Made by a program: the position numbers and the translations under genes
Source of the DNA: Convolutriloba macropyga
Lineage: Eukaryota
Assembly: GCF_964194025.1 (NCBI RefSeq)
Contig: NC_134474.1
Location: 47,554,001-47,618,000 of the forward strand
Length of the DNA: 64,000 nucleotides
Reading direction: 5' to 3'
The notes under the pieces: generated by a model
What the model was told of the DNA's origin: nothing
The model's input: only the letters and a program-made list of their open reading frames with translations
The model's database searches: none
Part shown: piece after piece, positions 49,534-62,632 of the stretch
Numbering within the stretch: position 1 is the first letter of the stretch
Layout: the number at the start of each line of letters is the position of its first letter

Positions 49534-51892
49534 AACAAGGAAGCTCGGTAATGTGCGTTCGCAATTAATGTTCTGACCCCGCTCAACAAAGTTTTTGACT
49601 AATTTCTCCACCAAATGAGGAGGATATAGGCAACTTTCAAAAAATCATTTAATGTTCAAAGAAAAAATGGTGTATTCATTTAAGAAATCGCTTGAAGCTC
49701 TAAAACTATACAAATGAAAAAAAACTCATCAGGGGCCGAGTATACCTGCCATTAATGAGAGTAGGAGACGAGACAAACAACAAAATCAAAAACAAAGGTA
49801 AGTATTACTTACGACCAAAACTCAATGTCTATCTATTTTTTCTTTAAAAAAACTCAACGAAAATTCAAAATAGGATCAGGTAAAAATTAAACTAAACCAG
49901 ATGACTTGCATTCCACCAAAAAAGATATGGGACCTGTCCTTATTGAGACTAATTAGCAAATGGACAGAAGACAAAAAAGTCAAAATTAGAAAAAAAATGT
50001 TTACACTTTTTGAAAACAATTAAAAAATAAATGTCAGAATGTCAGTAAAAATAAAAAGCAATTAGCTATCAACTAAATTGATTCACTGGCTTCGTTAACA
50101 ACCTTTTTTCCAAACCCTTGACACCCGTTTTCATTTTGAAGGTCACACTAGTAAAAAGAAGTTCAAATAACGCCACAAATTAAACTAATATATTAAAAAT
50201 AATCAAAATACTTAGTAAAATCTATTAGACCTTTTTAGCGCCTTTAAGTTGATATTCTACTTGCCATTAATGTGCATTAATGTGATGATCAGACAAGATA
50301 GCAAAATAGATAATCAAAAGCTCGAAAATGTCAAAAAAAACTTTATGAAAACTAAAATTATCAACGCCAATAACAATTGTTTGAATAAAACAGCATTGAA
50401 GACCACATTTTGATTCACTTCAAAATATGCAACTTTGCAAAATTCCAGAGCTAAATTGGAAATTGGCAAATCTCAAAGTCCTATTATTTTTAATGAAAAC
50501 ACTTTTTGTTATAGGCGTATGGCATAGCAACCGTAAGCGTTCATCTTAGAAAGGATAAATAGTTTAGTTTGTTACTGATTAGGAAGCCAATTGTTCATGT
50601 CATTGGTAAAACTGCGTCAAAAAGTATACACTGGTACCGCAAACATGCAGAACCAAAAATTTCATGATCAATTTTATACAAATGGTGCCGGACCCCAGCC
50701 AAAAAACCATATGATTTCCGCTCAAATTATTATATATGTTCCCCTTTGCACCTAAAATTTTGACTGATCAATCATTGTCTTTTGATTTGAAACCATTCTA
50801 TTATGTAAATAACATAAAAGAAACAAAACAATGCAAAAAATGTTTCAAAAATATATGCGGCGCCCCATTAGAATCCGATTAATTTTTGATCTATAAAACT
50901 CCAGAACAACACCAAAATTGTTTATGCTGTCATTATTTTGACATTGCAATAAAAATTGTTCCAAATGTTACCGAAACAGCTATTTTGACTTGAAAAGTCA
51001 TTACATCAAAAACAAATAATGAATTGCAAAATACTTATTGAGTAATATTATTGAAAAAATTATTATGTATCAACTCAAAAGCATTAAATAGTTATTTAAT
51101 TAGCCCCAGCTATGCCGAAATAGACACTTGCTAATTTTGACTTGATCATAGGACCACAAAAAGAACATCAAATGCTGGCAAAACCTCACAAATTAATTGA
51201 ACCTTTTGTCGGAGCCATAAAAACCATCAACTTTACTCATAAAACTCAACATTTTTCGAAGAGTTAACTGGAACATAGATAATGAAAAAAAATTAAAATG
51301 AACAATCCGAAAATGCAATTGGAATCTCTTTAATTGCGTTGAGCAACGATGAGACCAAAAATGGCCTTGTTATTGCTGCGCAACTGTTGAAAATCTGAAT
51401 TTTTTCCAATTGTTGGTTTAGTTTAGCAAAAAACGCAAAACTCTTATTCCGGAAAAATTTCATAACTACTGTAGGTGTAATTAGCCTATATCTGAATCAA
51501 TTAGGATTATGTCAGAAACTTTCATATTTTTATTGCCGATCAAATTGGAGAAAACGGGCAAATAGGCATATTTGAAGCTTTTTTAATGGAAAAAAGTTAG
51601 ATATTTAAAAATTTAGCTGAATTTTCTGCCAATACAGTGGGTTCAAACTATTCATGAACTCTCTTCTTTTTTAAAAAATTAAATTAATGAGACTATCATT
51701 AAAAATTTTATCGTGTTTTAGCAAAAATTGATCAAAGTTTAATCTTTTTATTTTGCAATTTTAAGCTTGACAAGCTTTCTAATGATGCCACTCACAATCC
51801 TGTACGATTATTACATCGATTGGTGAAAATTAACTGTACAAAAAAACCAGTTCAATATATAGGTCCTCCCCACTATAGTGGGTCTGAACAAC
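49534..51892 (-). mobile_element. Second Helentron/HINE-like element
   Basis: Reverse complement starts ttgttcagacccactatagtggggaggacctatata and ends gagcggggtcagaac..tgcgaacgcacattaccgagcttccttgttt, matching both ends of 34604-36615. Confidence 0.7.
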
Positions 51893-52019
51893 AAAAACAA
51901 TATTAGAGAATAGTTTAGATCCAAGTTCTTAACGAACACAAACAACAGCAATAGAGCACGCATGTTTAGTTTAATCTATTTCTGTGTCTAAGCGAGATAA
52001 AATTGTACCTTTTTAATAT

Positions 52020-53163
52020 GGACCCGGCGTCGAATGGACCTCAAAAGAATGTAAAAGTAGGGCAGCAATGGGAAGATTTATTAGGAAGATGCAGCTTAAA
52101 ACGCCCAAAATATTTTTGGACAGCAATGGGCTGCCAAGGGATAAAATGATGTAAGAGAGGGGCGGTAAAAGACTAATTAGCCTCCTTTTACATCTTTTTG
52201 GTCCGTCGTGGGGGCTAAGCTTATGTAAGAGTCAGAAATAATGGAGAAAATACCCTCTAATTCTTACGTCATTTAACTCCCTTTGACAGACTAAAAAAAT
52301 TTAAGAGTTGGGGGTCACTTTATCATTTATCTCTTCAATCTTACAAGATTTCACCACCCCCGCCCTGGCAGCCAACTGCATCCCAAAATGTCTGAGTGTT
52401 TGACTCCATTTTCCTTAAAAAATGCTCCCATTTCAGCAGCACTCCTACATCATTATACCCTTTTGGCAGCCTCACTTCTACGTCCTTTTACCCCCTCTCG
52501 CAGCCGCCCTCTCACACCCTTTTTAACACCTCTAAATAAGTTGTTCCCTTACTCCTACATCATCTTAACCCTGAAGTGCTAATCTTAGGTTGTTTTAGCC
52601 CCAGTACTCGAAAACTGAGAGTCTCGAACCCACAAACTCTATACCTTCAGCCGGTTCTTCTTAGCATACAAACCAACGATGCTTGAGGCTATTGCATCAT
52701 TTTACCCCCTCTCAACAAATTGCCCCCTAACTCTTACTTGAATTTACCGTCTTGGCAGCCAATTCTTACATCATTTTACAATTACCCACTCAATCTTACA
52801 TCAATTTACCCCTCAGGGACGCCCAAAACTGCTCCCGGCGGAACCCATTGCAGCCCACTCTTACATCGGAATTTTGGCCGTGGGTATTTCCTCAAAAGTC
52901 CTCCTCAAAAATTTTTCAGCCCATTACAGCCGAGTTTTACATCGCTATTTAAGCGAGGGGTAATATTTCCTCAAATGTCTAAATATCTCCCATTGCGCCC
53001 CATTGCAGCCAACTCCTACATCGCAGTTTTGGCCAGTGGGTAAGTCCCCAAAATCCACTCATGGCAGCCCCACTCTTACATCAATTTGCCCCCATAGACA
53101 TAATTACACGCCACTCTTACAGCAAAATGGGAAGATTTTAGAAAAATCATTCGACTCGGGACC
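52020..53163. mobile_element. Non-autonomous TIR DNA transposon with multiple cttacatc subterminal motifs
   Basis: ggacccggcgtcgaatg versus cattcgactcgggacc; gatgtaag motifs on the left and many cttacatc motifs on the right. Confidence 0.6.
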
Positions 53164-54000
53164 AGCTTTTGCATGGGAGGTCAAACCTATGAAAAAGTTT
53201 ACCAAAGAATTGCAAAACTGAGTGCTATTGCACTGGTTTTAGATGTTTTCCTCAAAGAAAATATATTGTGAGCCCTCTATATGTTTTTTATAAGAACTTT
53301 GTTAGATGGACAAAAACACACTTTATCATATCGGAAATCCAAAATTCACTAACATAAAGGACAGTAATGACTAGCCATAGTTCAGAAAAGGATGATTTTA
53401 TTCATATCTTTTTTGTGCGAGAATTCAAGTCTATTTTGATTAAATTGGCAGCTTTTTTCGAAGCTTATTTATATGATGTCTGTCCTCGAGTTTTGTTTGT
53501 ACCAAGAATTGTATAAATCATGTTTAAGATGTCAACTTCTTGCCACGACAAGCTATTTGGTGGATAATCTTTGTGTTTAACATTTGAAGATATAACTGTT
53601 CCAATCTTTGATGTGATGTGTGTTAGGAACTTTTTACATGCCACTACAATTTTTGTTCAGTCAATTTCGCCGATATATTTGGAGAGGTTCACAAAACGGT
53701 ATCTTTAAAAAATCTTCCACTCTTTTATTACAAATTTTTATAGATATTTATGCTGAAAATTTTTCTCCTGGTTTTAAATCAGCAAGAAAACAAATCCTAG
53801 GAATCTAGATACTTCTAGATCAATCAAAAAGACTTTTATCTGATCAAAATTCAAAAAACAAAAATAAATAAAAAAATTTGTGTGGAAAATCCTCTGATGT
53901 AACTCATTGGGAAATCAATGGGAATTCGTTTAAGACGCACAGTTTTCTCAATCGTTTCAAGAAATTGAATAATTGTCCGTTTTTTAACACAAGTCAATAT

Positions 54001-54785
54001 CAGTACTTGGCAAGTCTAGGTATCAGTACTAAATCAGAGCTATGATTACAGCACATTTTAGAAATGTCAGTCTTGTGCAAGTATAGGTCAAAACCTGGCA
54101 ACTCTTAAACCAAGTTTTGGCCAAGACTTGCAAAGTCAGATTCCAAGTCTTGGCCAAAACTTGGCAGGCCTAAATTCAAATCTTTTCAGTCATAAAATTG
54201 CCAAAAAAATCAAAAATAGCCGGGAAAACAACCAAAAGGTTATGAAAACGTCAAAACTAGCCTGGAAAACGTCAAAAAACAACACTATCATTAAATGCTG
54301 AGTTTAGAAGCCGTTGGCTTTTCCATAAATGTTTTTTCCTGAACCCGATTTAAACACGCTTTTATGAAACTAAATGAAAAAAAGAGAACACATAAAAAAC
54401 AAGAGAATCATATTTGAAAATGAGGGCATCAGGGTTGATTTTTTTATTTTCGACCCCAAGCAAAACAAAATTAGTTATTAAGACCAATAGACACCTCTAA
54501 TTTATTGTCTGGGCCAAATAGACACCTCTAATTTATTGTTTGGTATGCATCCGGCATCATTTAATAGCAACCCGTAAATGTGGACCATTACTGCGAAAAC
54601 GAATGCGAAAATTGTGGAACGCCACAAATTTCTCTGGAATTCAAACGTTGTTTTAACTGGGGGAATCAACTTGAAAATATTGCTCAAATCTTGGTCAAGA
54701 TTTCTCGTACTTGCAAGATTTGTTTGTAGATTTGCCCGGTTCTGACTTTTCAAAATAGATTTGGATTTAGACTTGCCCAGTACTG
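54001..54785. mobile_element. MITE-like element with 18-bp TIR cagtact(t/g)ggcaagtcta; related end at ~47656
   Basis: cagtacttggcaagtcta pairs with tagacttgcccagtactg; internal cttggcaag motifs; no TSD found. Confidence 0.65.
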
Positions 54786-55545
54786 ACGCAGCAATCACAT
54801 GGCTCTTATCCGACAAAACCATCTAATTAGCACCAGACACAAAACAGTTTTTCGCACACATATGAAGTCATTAAAAAAGTTAACCTCCGCCGCAGAGAGC
54901 GAAGTCCTCCAAAAATCAATAATATATTCATTATATTTAAAAAATGCCTCTTCCAGCCTGTTCAACTTTTTCCTGGCCACAAGATAATGTTATTTCTTAA
55001 GCGTTGCCGTGTTAGCAACTTTCGTTGCTTACTTATACTATGCACAGAAAGTCTAAATCTGATCTTCAGCCAGTATGCAAATACAAAAATTTTGAAATCA
55101 AGTAGAGGTTTTAATGGGCTCTGCTTTTATGCACGATGTTTAGTTCATAACAATATATCTTGCTGGTGGTATAAAGGAAACTTTGCTCCAAAATTAAAGA
55201 GAACTTAAACTGCGAGAGAATGGTTTTTTTACTTCGTTTTGGCATCAACGAAAATTTGCTATATTTTCACTGTCAGTAACATTGTTTTGACTCGTAATTT
55301 TGTATTGCTTTCTCTAACTTAGCTTTGATAAAAGTTTTCGAATATAGACACTATTTTTCCCTCCTGAAATATAGCCAGTTTTTCATCCTAAAAATTTAAA
55401 CTTAGAAGTCAGTTTTCAAATTATCGCAATTCTTGGTAACCTAATGTTAAGACCAAAATTTGAAAATTTAAAAAAGCAGTTGTTCAATACTCAAGTTTCC
55501 CCAACAATTTGTAACCGTCGAGTCGCTTTTTTATTGAGTAAATAT

Positions 55546-56285
55546 CCCTAGTCAAAATGGGACGGCTGGATTACAAGATCTTGCAAGATAATTGTCCAGT
55601 TTACAAGATTCTGGCAAGATAAACATCCATTTTGTAAGACTCTTGCAAGATAACCGTCTTGCAAAAAGCGCCTAAAACATGCCTTAGCTGCTACATGGCC
55701 CCTTTGGCTTCTTTGGAGAGGATAGAATGTGATTCGACCTAATTTCTAGTCTCCAATGAAAATAAGAGAGACCCTAAAAATTGCCTAGGCTAGCACATAA
55801 AAATAGGAACATCATCAACAAGCCCGAAAGGGGTCTCAAAAAGGGCGGGGGATACAAAAGAAAGCAGACACCTATAAATAAGAACATCGGAAGAACGCAA
55901 GCACATGAGAGGGGGCAGAGTTGATGAAGCTATTTTTTGATTTTCAGCTAAGTGCTAGCCGAATAGGATTGCCCTTCTGATATAGAACGATTTTTAAAAG
56001 GATTGGAATGTTAACGAAACTGACCATTAACGATTTTTGCCATGTACACAATAAATCAATCAAAAACGTTATTTTACCGTTAAGCAAAACAACGTAAGAT
56101 CAACTTTTCTGAATGAATTCAAGTATAAAAGTGATTTTTTTAATCAAAATTTTAAGACAGTTATTTTGCAAGCTCTTGCAAGATTCTTGTAAGATAAGCG
56201 TCCGGATCTTGCATCTTGCAAGACAAACATTATTTGCAAGATTTTTGCTAGATCTTACAAGATAGTCGTTGGAGTTCGTCTGGGG
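55546..56285. mobile_element. MITE-like element with tcttgcaaga-rich inverted termini
   Basis: Clusters of the palindrome tcttgcaaga at both ends; ccc...ggg termini. Confidence 0.5.
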
Positions 56286-57177
56286 TATTAAATGAAGGAT
56301 AATTTCACGTTTATATCAATGGCTCAGTTCAGTGTTCGAATATGCAACTTTTTACCCTCAAACTTAAAATATAACAAAAGCTCCGTTGCATGTTTATGTC
56401 CTGACGCACATTATCAACCCTTCTTGCTTTATTTTGTAACAAAGTATTCCGTCTGCGCGAACACTAAAATGGTTCAATGTGTTCGCAAAGGTGTTTTGAT
56501 TATTAGGGACGCTCCCATGCCAAAGACTTCAAACTGACATAGACTCCTCTACCATGCCACTGTTGTAACAGATTGCCATACGAGCATGTACCACAAAAGG
56601 ACAGATGACTATGCGACAAAAGTCTATTGAAGGAGTGCTCCAGTGGATAGGTGCATTGTCTCTCTTGAAAAAATTTCATCAGTCACACACGGTTTTCATT
56701 TCTGAGCATGTCAAGATTTTGTGTTTTTGTCGTTAGAAGTCTCCTTGCTGGAGAATTGCTGGAGCCCAAATTTTCCAAAGACTTTTTTGTTGGTTCCTCT
56801 TGTTGTTGGAAGTGTACTGCTTTGTCCGCAAGAAAATTGATCTCTGGACTGCTTGAAAACTCAACTCCAGATGATATAATTCATAATCAGTAAGTGTAGC
56901 ACACACAACTAGTAATGTTATAGCCAGAGGTAGATAATTGAATTAATTTAACAACTAAAAAAATTTCAGAAAACTATCGATTCTTATTTAATCCAAATCA
57001 AAGCTACCAATAATTCTATATGTATCAAACAATTAGCTAATTGACTTTATGAACCAAATATTTGAACAAATCTCATATCCATTAGATCTGCTACTGGCCA
57101 GAATCCTAAAATCCCTAAATAACTAACAAAATAACTTAAGTTTAATCTTACTGAGAACTAACCAATCTATTTGAAAG

Positions 57178-57180
<3 letters not shown>

Positions 57181-57212
<32 letters not shown>
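57181..57212. repeat. (TC)n microsatellite
   Basis: Seen directly. Confidence 0.95.
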
Positions 57213-57219
<7 letters not shown>

Positions 57220-60200
57220 TTATGCTGTTTTTTCTTCTGCTTAAGGATGTTCAACCTCATCACTTTTTATCAGCTATAAATAACGGGTAACGGGTAATTT
57301 TGCTTCCATAATTTTTTCCTAACAGACAAAAACAATAGGGCAATTACAAGCTTGATCACGAGTTGCATATGTTAGTTAAATATTTTTCTTATGGTGACTG
57401 CAGTTCCGTGGTTTTATTGGTCTCATAATTTCAGTATTCAGCCAAACTAATTTTTAAAATCAGTTTTTATGCAAGTAATTGCATGCTTTATGTTTGTCTT
57501 TTTTTCAGTTACGGATACTTCTGTGCTGTATCCTGTATTAATGCCTACTTGTACTTAAGATGACTCAGTGTTGTAACTTTTTAACAAAACTCCTACAAAC
57601 AAAAAACCTGCAGACTTGTTTTGTCATCTACAAATTTAAGCCCAAATTTTTTTGGATAAATGAGACTTTGCATTTGCCTTTGTAGAACATTCAAACATGC
57701 TTTCAAAAGTTCCATTTTAGTGATAGGCAAAGCTTCGGAACCACATCTGTCATTAGTTTTTGCTAAACTTTTCACCTATTCTGAGCAAATTGTTATTCTT
57801 CATAGCCGATCTGTCTGTTTAGCGATGTTAGTTTTGTTTTTGTTTACGAAACAAAAATGAAATAGACCTTTTTCCATTTTTCACTTTTCATATTCACCAA
57901 CTTTTGTTTACAAATATATTCAAAATCGGCTCCAAAATTGTAAACTAACTAAACGATCCATATCAAACTTTCAAACCTTTGTTCATGGCCTCAGCCTGGT
58001 AAAGTCATGGTATCAGCCAATTCTACAGTCCTCGTATCAAAACTATTGTTCTTCTGAATGATTAAAAAATGTATAACTTTTCCAGCAACAACGTTTGCAG
58101 TACAAGTAAAAATTTTTCCTGTGGAACAGCGCTGCTTTTTAAATAGCTTATGCGAGTGAAGGCCATTTGAACACAGTTTCAAAGGAATTCATAGTGAAAA
58201 ATTACATGCTGCATTGTTCACAAAACAAGAGATACTTTTAAAGTAGATGCTTGTCCAAGTTGAAAACATATGTTGTGTATCATGTTTGTGTTATTTTGCT
58301 TTTACTACCAGAGATTCACAGTAAACTATACCCGCCAACAGGGCAAAAACTATTTCTAATTAAACAAAATAATATAGTGAACAATTAGCTTGAAGCTTAC
58401 TAATGCGTTATCCATTATTTCAAATTTTCTGAATAATTTTCCCTCCTTGGGATTAATTGATTGATTCAATTGCGAGCTCTTGAGAAAAAAATTGGAGCTC
58501 CGTAATTGAAACAAGAAAAATTTTGTAAATAAAGATTCAATATATGTTACAACAGTGACCTCAAACGTACCTTCCTGAAAAAATTAGTTTCGTCTTCCGA
58601 TCTTTGAAGGGATAGCCAACTCCATCACTACTTTTGGTTACTTTCTTCCCTTTGGACCAATCACTCCGTGCAATTCTTTGTGTTTTTTACTTTGTGTTTT
58701 TCTTTTTACTCCAGCGTTCTTTCCAATTTCGAGTTTATTTTCCAAATAATAGCCGGAAAATTTCCGGGTACAGAATTTCCAAAATTTCTTTATTGTCACT
58801 CTTCGCCACCAAATTCCCTCGACGTGTTCTGAGCAACCTCGCTATTATGCTGTATTGTTCTTCTTATGCAATATACAAGCAGAGCAAACCAGTCTTGATC
58901 ATGAAAATTGCCTTTTGACTTGAAAACCTACAGACTGCTCTCGTTCATTATCTTGCTACGAATGAAAACTCCCAGCCTAGACTGAAATCCTATCACAACC
59001 GTCTTCACCAATATTTTGCTTAGAAACAGTTTCCGCAAACATCAACTGTTAGGCTCCTAACTCAGCGGCACATTCTTACTGAGATCCGTTTATAACGGCA
59101 AATCCGTTTTTTTGTGTGGTCCAACACGGCCCCAGTTTTTGGTGGTTTTTGTCCTGCAGATTTTGTTGCTTCTCTCCGTCAGAAATTGATTTTTTTTTGA
59201 GTAGCTTGGCGCTCCCTCAATCATAATCATGTCGATAATATAAAAGTCACGTTAAACACATTCATATCACTTTCGCCAAGAGTTTTTGTTTCATTATTTT
59301 GTCATCAGCCCCTTTAATTGAACATTTTGTCCGCAAATGATCCAGTAGCTTCAACTTCTGCATTCAAACTGCGTTTAAAGATAGTTTCAGTTATTTTTAG
59401 TTTTCTGTCAAACTTTGTTCTCGTAAAACATTTTGTTTCCCACAAAATTGTTCGATGTTTAATTTTTGTTTGTCGATAGTGATTTGTTGAGAAATTGCCA
59501 ATTTTTTCATTACTTTGAGAACAAGTTCGAAAAATAAAATATCAGGTCTATCGAAGTTTTTTTTACCTTTTTGCTGTGACTGCTTCAGCATTTGCCTTTG
59601 CAGCCGTGTTTTCTTTTTTTTTGTCGCCTGCTGATGCATAGTCTCTGCTGAGAAGTTTAAGGAAGCCTCCCGTAAACTCGCTTATTTGACTCCCAATTGT
59701 GATTTGCTCAAAATAAGACAAACACCGTGCTGCGACCCAGTACCACTGGATTCCCGAGATGACTCAATAGTAACCAACTCACCAGTAATCAGATCTTCGG
59801 CTGTTGAGGCAGGTACGCTATTTTGGTCAACTGTAAAACCTGACATCCTTCTCTCTACATCTAACCATTTACCAGAAAAAGTTGCGTGGACTGCAAGTGA
59901 TGAAATTACATGCCATCAATCTTTTGATGCATGGATATCCCACGGCCTTTTTGCTTTAGTGGGAACAAAGAAATGAGAACCAATGTGCCGCTCACCATTG
60001 ATTGAATTGAACACGTTGTCGTTTATATAATCATTTTCATAGAAAATTTATTATCGTTACTATTGAAGAAATTGTCGTCATAGTCAGAAACACAGTAATC
60101 ACCGAAAAATGCATTTTCTCCCCGCTCATTTTTATTGATTTCCTTTAACGCTTCACCCCTCAGTTCTGCAACCGTGTAACGTTTTCCATTGTCCCATCCC

Positions 60201-61925
60201 AGCAAAACATCGGCCCCCAAATTTCTTGATTTCTTCAGCAACGGGCATCGGTTTTTGTCACATTTTGCGCTAATGTCGTCGGATTGAACACAAATTAAGA
60301 TTGTCACCAAAAAAACTTGAATCGAGGACGATCTGTAAAATAAACTGATTGTCAGTCCACTTTGAACCAAATTGTTTTTCGTAGACCAACATGTAGTCGA
60401 AAAACAGATCGTTCACTTTTGTAGCATAAATGATCTGAGAATATCAGTTTACTTCACAGAAATATCAATAAACAAAAAATACCATTTTTACTCTTTTCTT
60501 GTCCAATTGTTGAGAATTAGTTCTTTGTTGGATAATTCAATTTTGTCACAAGCCATTTTGAAACACTCATGCGTTTTTTGTTCAAATATCCCAAATTCTA
60601 TTGAAAATTAGACCAGAGCTTAAATAACATGACCTTACAACTTCTCTGGTGAATACCTCAGTCAATTTCAGCCCATCCCAATAAAATTCAAGCCAATACT
60701 CCCAATCATATCAAAAAGAAGGGAAACTCTCAACTAACCCCAATCCTGTCATTGTTTTCCAAAATACTGTCTTCTAAATGGATTGCTCTTCTGAAGCTTC
60801 AGCCGATGGTGCAATTTTCTCCGTTAGTTCTGCTTGTCTCTGTTCATAAAACTGCCTCAAAATATTAACTCAGTTACTGCCAGCAATTCGTTCTTCCATA
60901 ATCTTTGCCCTACAAGAATGATAGATTGTTTTAGATTGTTTATAGATTGTTAGAGTCTACAGTGCAGTGAAAAAGTGAAAAGGTTTGCCTCGGATCCTCA
61001 ATATTCCCCAATATTCTTGGTGCCACAACACTTACAATCTAAATTTGACTATTTCTAACGTATTCTTCTACTTGATTCATGGGCCCAGTTGTTAGTTTTT
61101 GACTCTTGTTTCATGTCTCTTAGTCATACTCTTACACATGTGTTCTCTTCTTTAACTTGATCACAAAAAGAACCAACAGTAATGCCACTGACATTTGTAC
61201 CAAATTCAGATTGTACTGTTTTTCCCCCAAGAAATTTTAAAACTTTACTGTTTAAAAACTCGACTATTTAAAATTTCCACCCTGTATAATTGATTTAGGA
61301 GTCAGAAAAAGCAGTGCTAGTATTTAGTAAAATTAGAGCCAAGAACTGACACATGAGTAATTGAACATTCAGAGGAGAGTTTTGGAGTATTTCTTAATAT
61401 TTTTTCAAAAATAACACAAATGAAGTCGACCAGTCATTCTATCGTTTTCAAACAATCAACCAATGGACTTTCTAAAATGAACTATTTAAAAACTGTTTCA
61501 ACCAGTAATTCTGCTACAGACTATAAAAAAATTACCTCTCAAACAAAAGATTGTTTCACTGACTGCAACTACGCAACTTTGCTCTTTAAAACGTGTCGCG
61601 GAAACAATGTTTGTTTTCGTTATTCCGGTTAACAATATATTTTTTGGTTGAAACTTTCAAAAGTGACCATTAAGTGCTTTAAGCAGATTTCTAGCTGTTA
61701 GTATTTTCTGTTTTTGTCGTATTTTTTATCGAATAAATTACCTATTATTACCTAATATTATTTATCATTAATGGATTATATGAGACTTTTGAATTGCCTC
61801 TGGCGAACTTTTAGTCATTCCTTTGTAAAAATCGTGCGTTCTAAAGTTAAAGTTTAGTGATACTCAGAGCTTCCGAACCAAAACTGCCGTTTGTTTTTGC
61901 TCTGTCATTCAACCTTCCAATCTGC

Positions 61926-61929
<4 letters not shown>

Positions 61930-61977
<48 letters not shown>
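61930..61977. repeat. (TA)n microsatellite
   Basis: Seen directly. Confidence 0.95.
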
Positions 61978-61981
<4 letters not shown>

Positions 61982-62335
61982 TGTATTACCCCTATTTGGA
62001 CTAATTTTCAAGTCTTCATAGCTGATTTGTAGTTTTCCGAATTCAGTTTTATTTTTGTTTAATTCTTCTCTATCTTACACTTCTCATGTCCACCCCCTTT
62101 TATTTACTTAAAGTTAATGTATTCAAGATAATCACCAGATTTTTGTATACAAATTAAATGGTTTGTATCGTTAAATGTCAAAGTTTCATCTTTCATCATC
62201 AAAGTTTCAAACATGTGTTCATGTCCTCAGAGTCATGGTACCAACCAAATCTACACTGGTCCCATCTAAACTCTTCTTCTCCCAGTTGATAAAAAATTAT
62301 TCTATCGTTTTCTTGCGTACAAGAGTCAACTGTTT

Positions 62336-62632
62336 TCTGGCACAGCGGTTTTAATTCTTAAACAGCTTCCTTTAGTTTGAACAATTTAAATAGAGCTCCA
62401 TGTATATCGATACTGAAAACTACATACTGCACCGCGCACAAAACAAGATACTTACATATCATTAACATGCATCCTGTAAAACTGCGCCAAGTGCAGGCCT
62501 CTATACTGCTAAAAAAAAGTCGTTGGGTAGGTAATTTTTGCAAATCATGGTTCCGATTCGTGTTCAATTTATATGTGTGGTGCCAGACTGCTTTGTCCCT
62601 GACGTTGGTTTAGAGTTAATCGTTCTGCCAGA
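62336..62632. mobile_element. Short element with imperfect TIRs
   Basis: tctggcacagcggttttaattctta versus tagagttaatcgttctgccaga. Confidence 0.45.
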
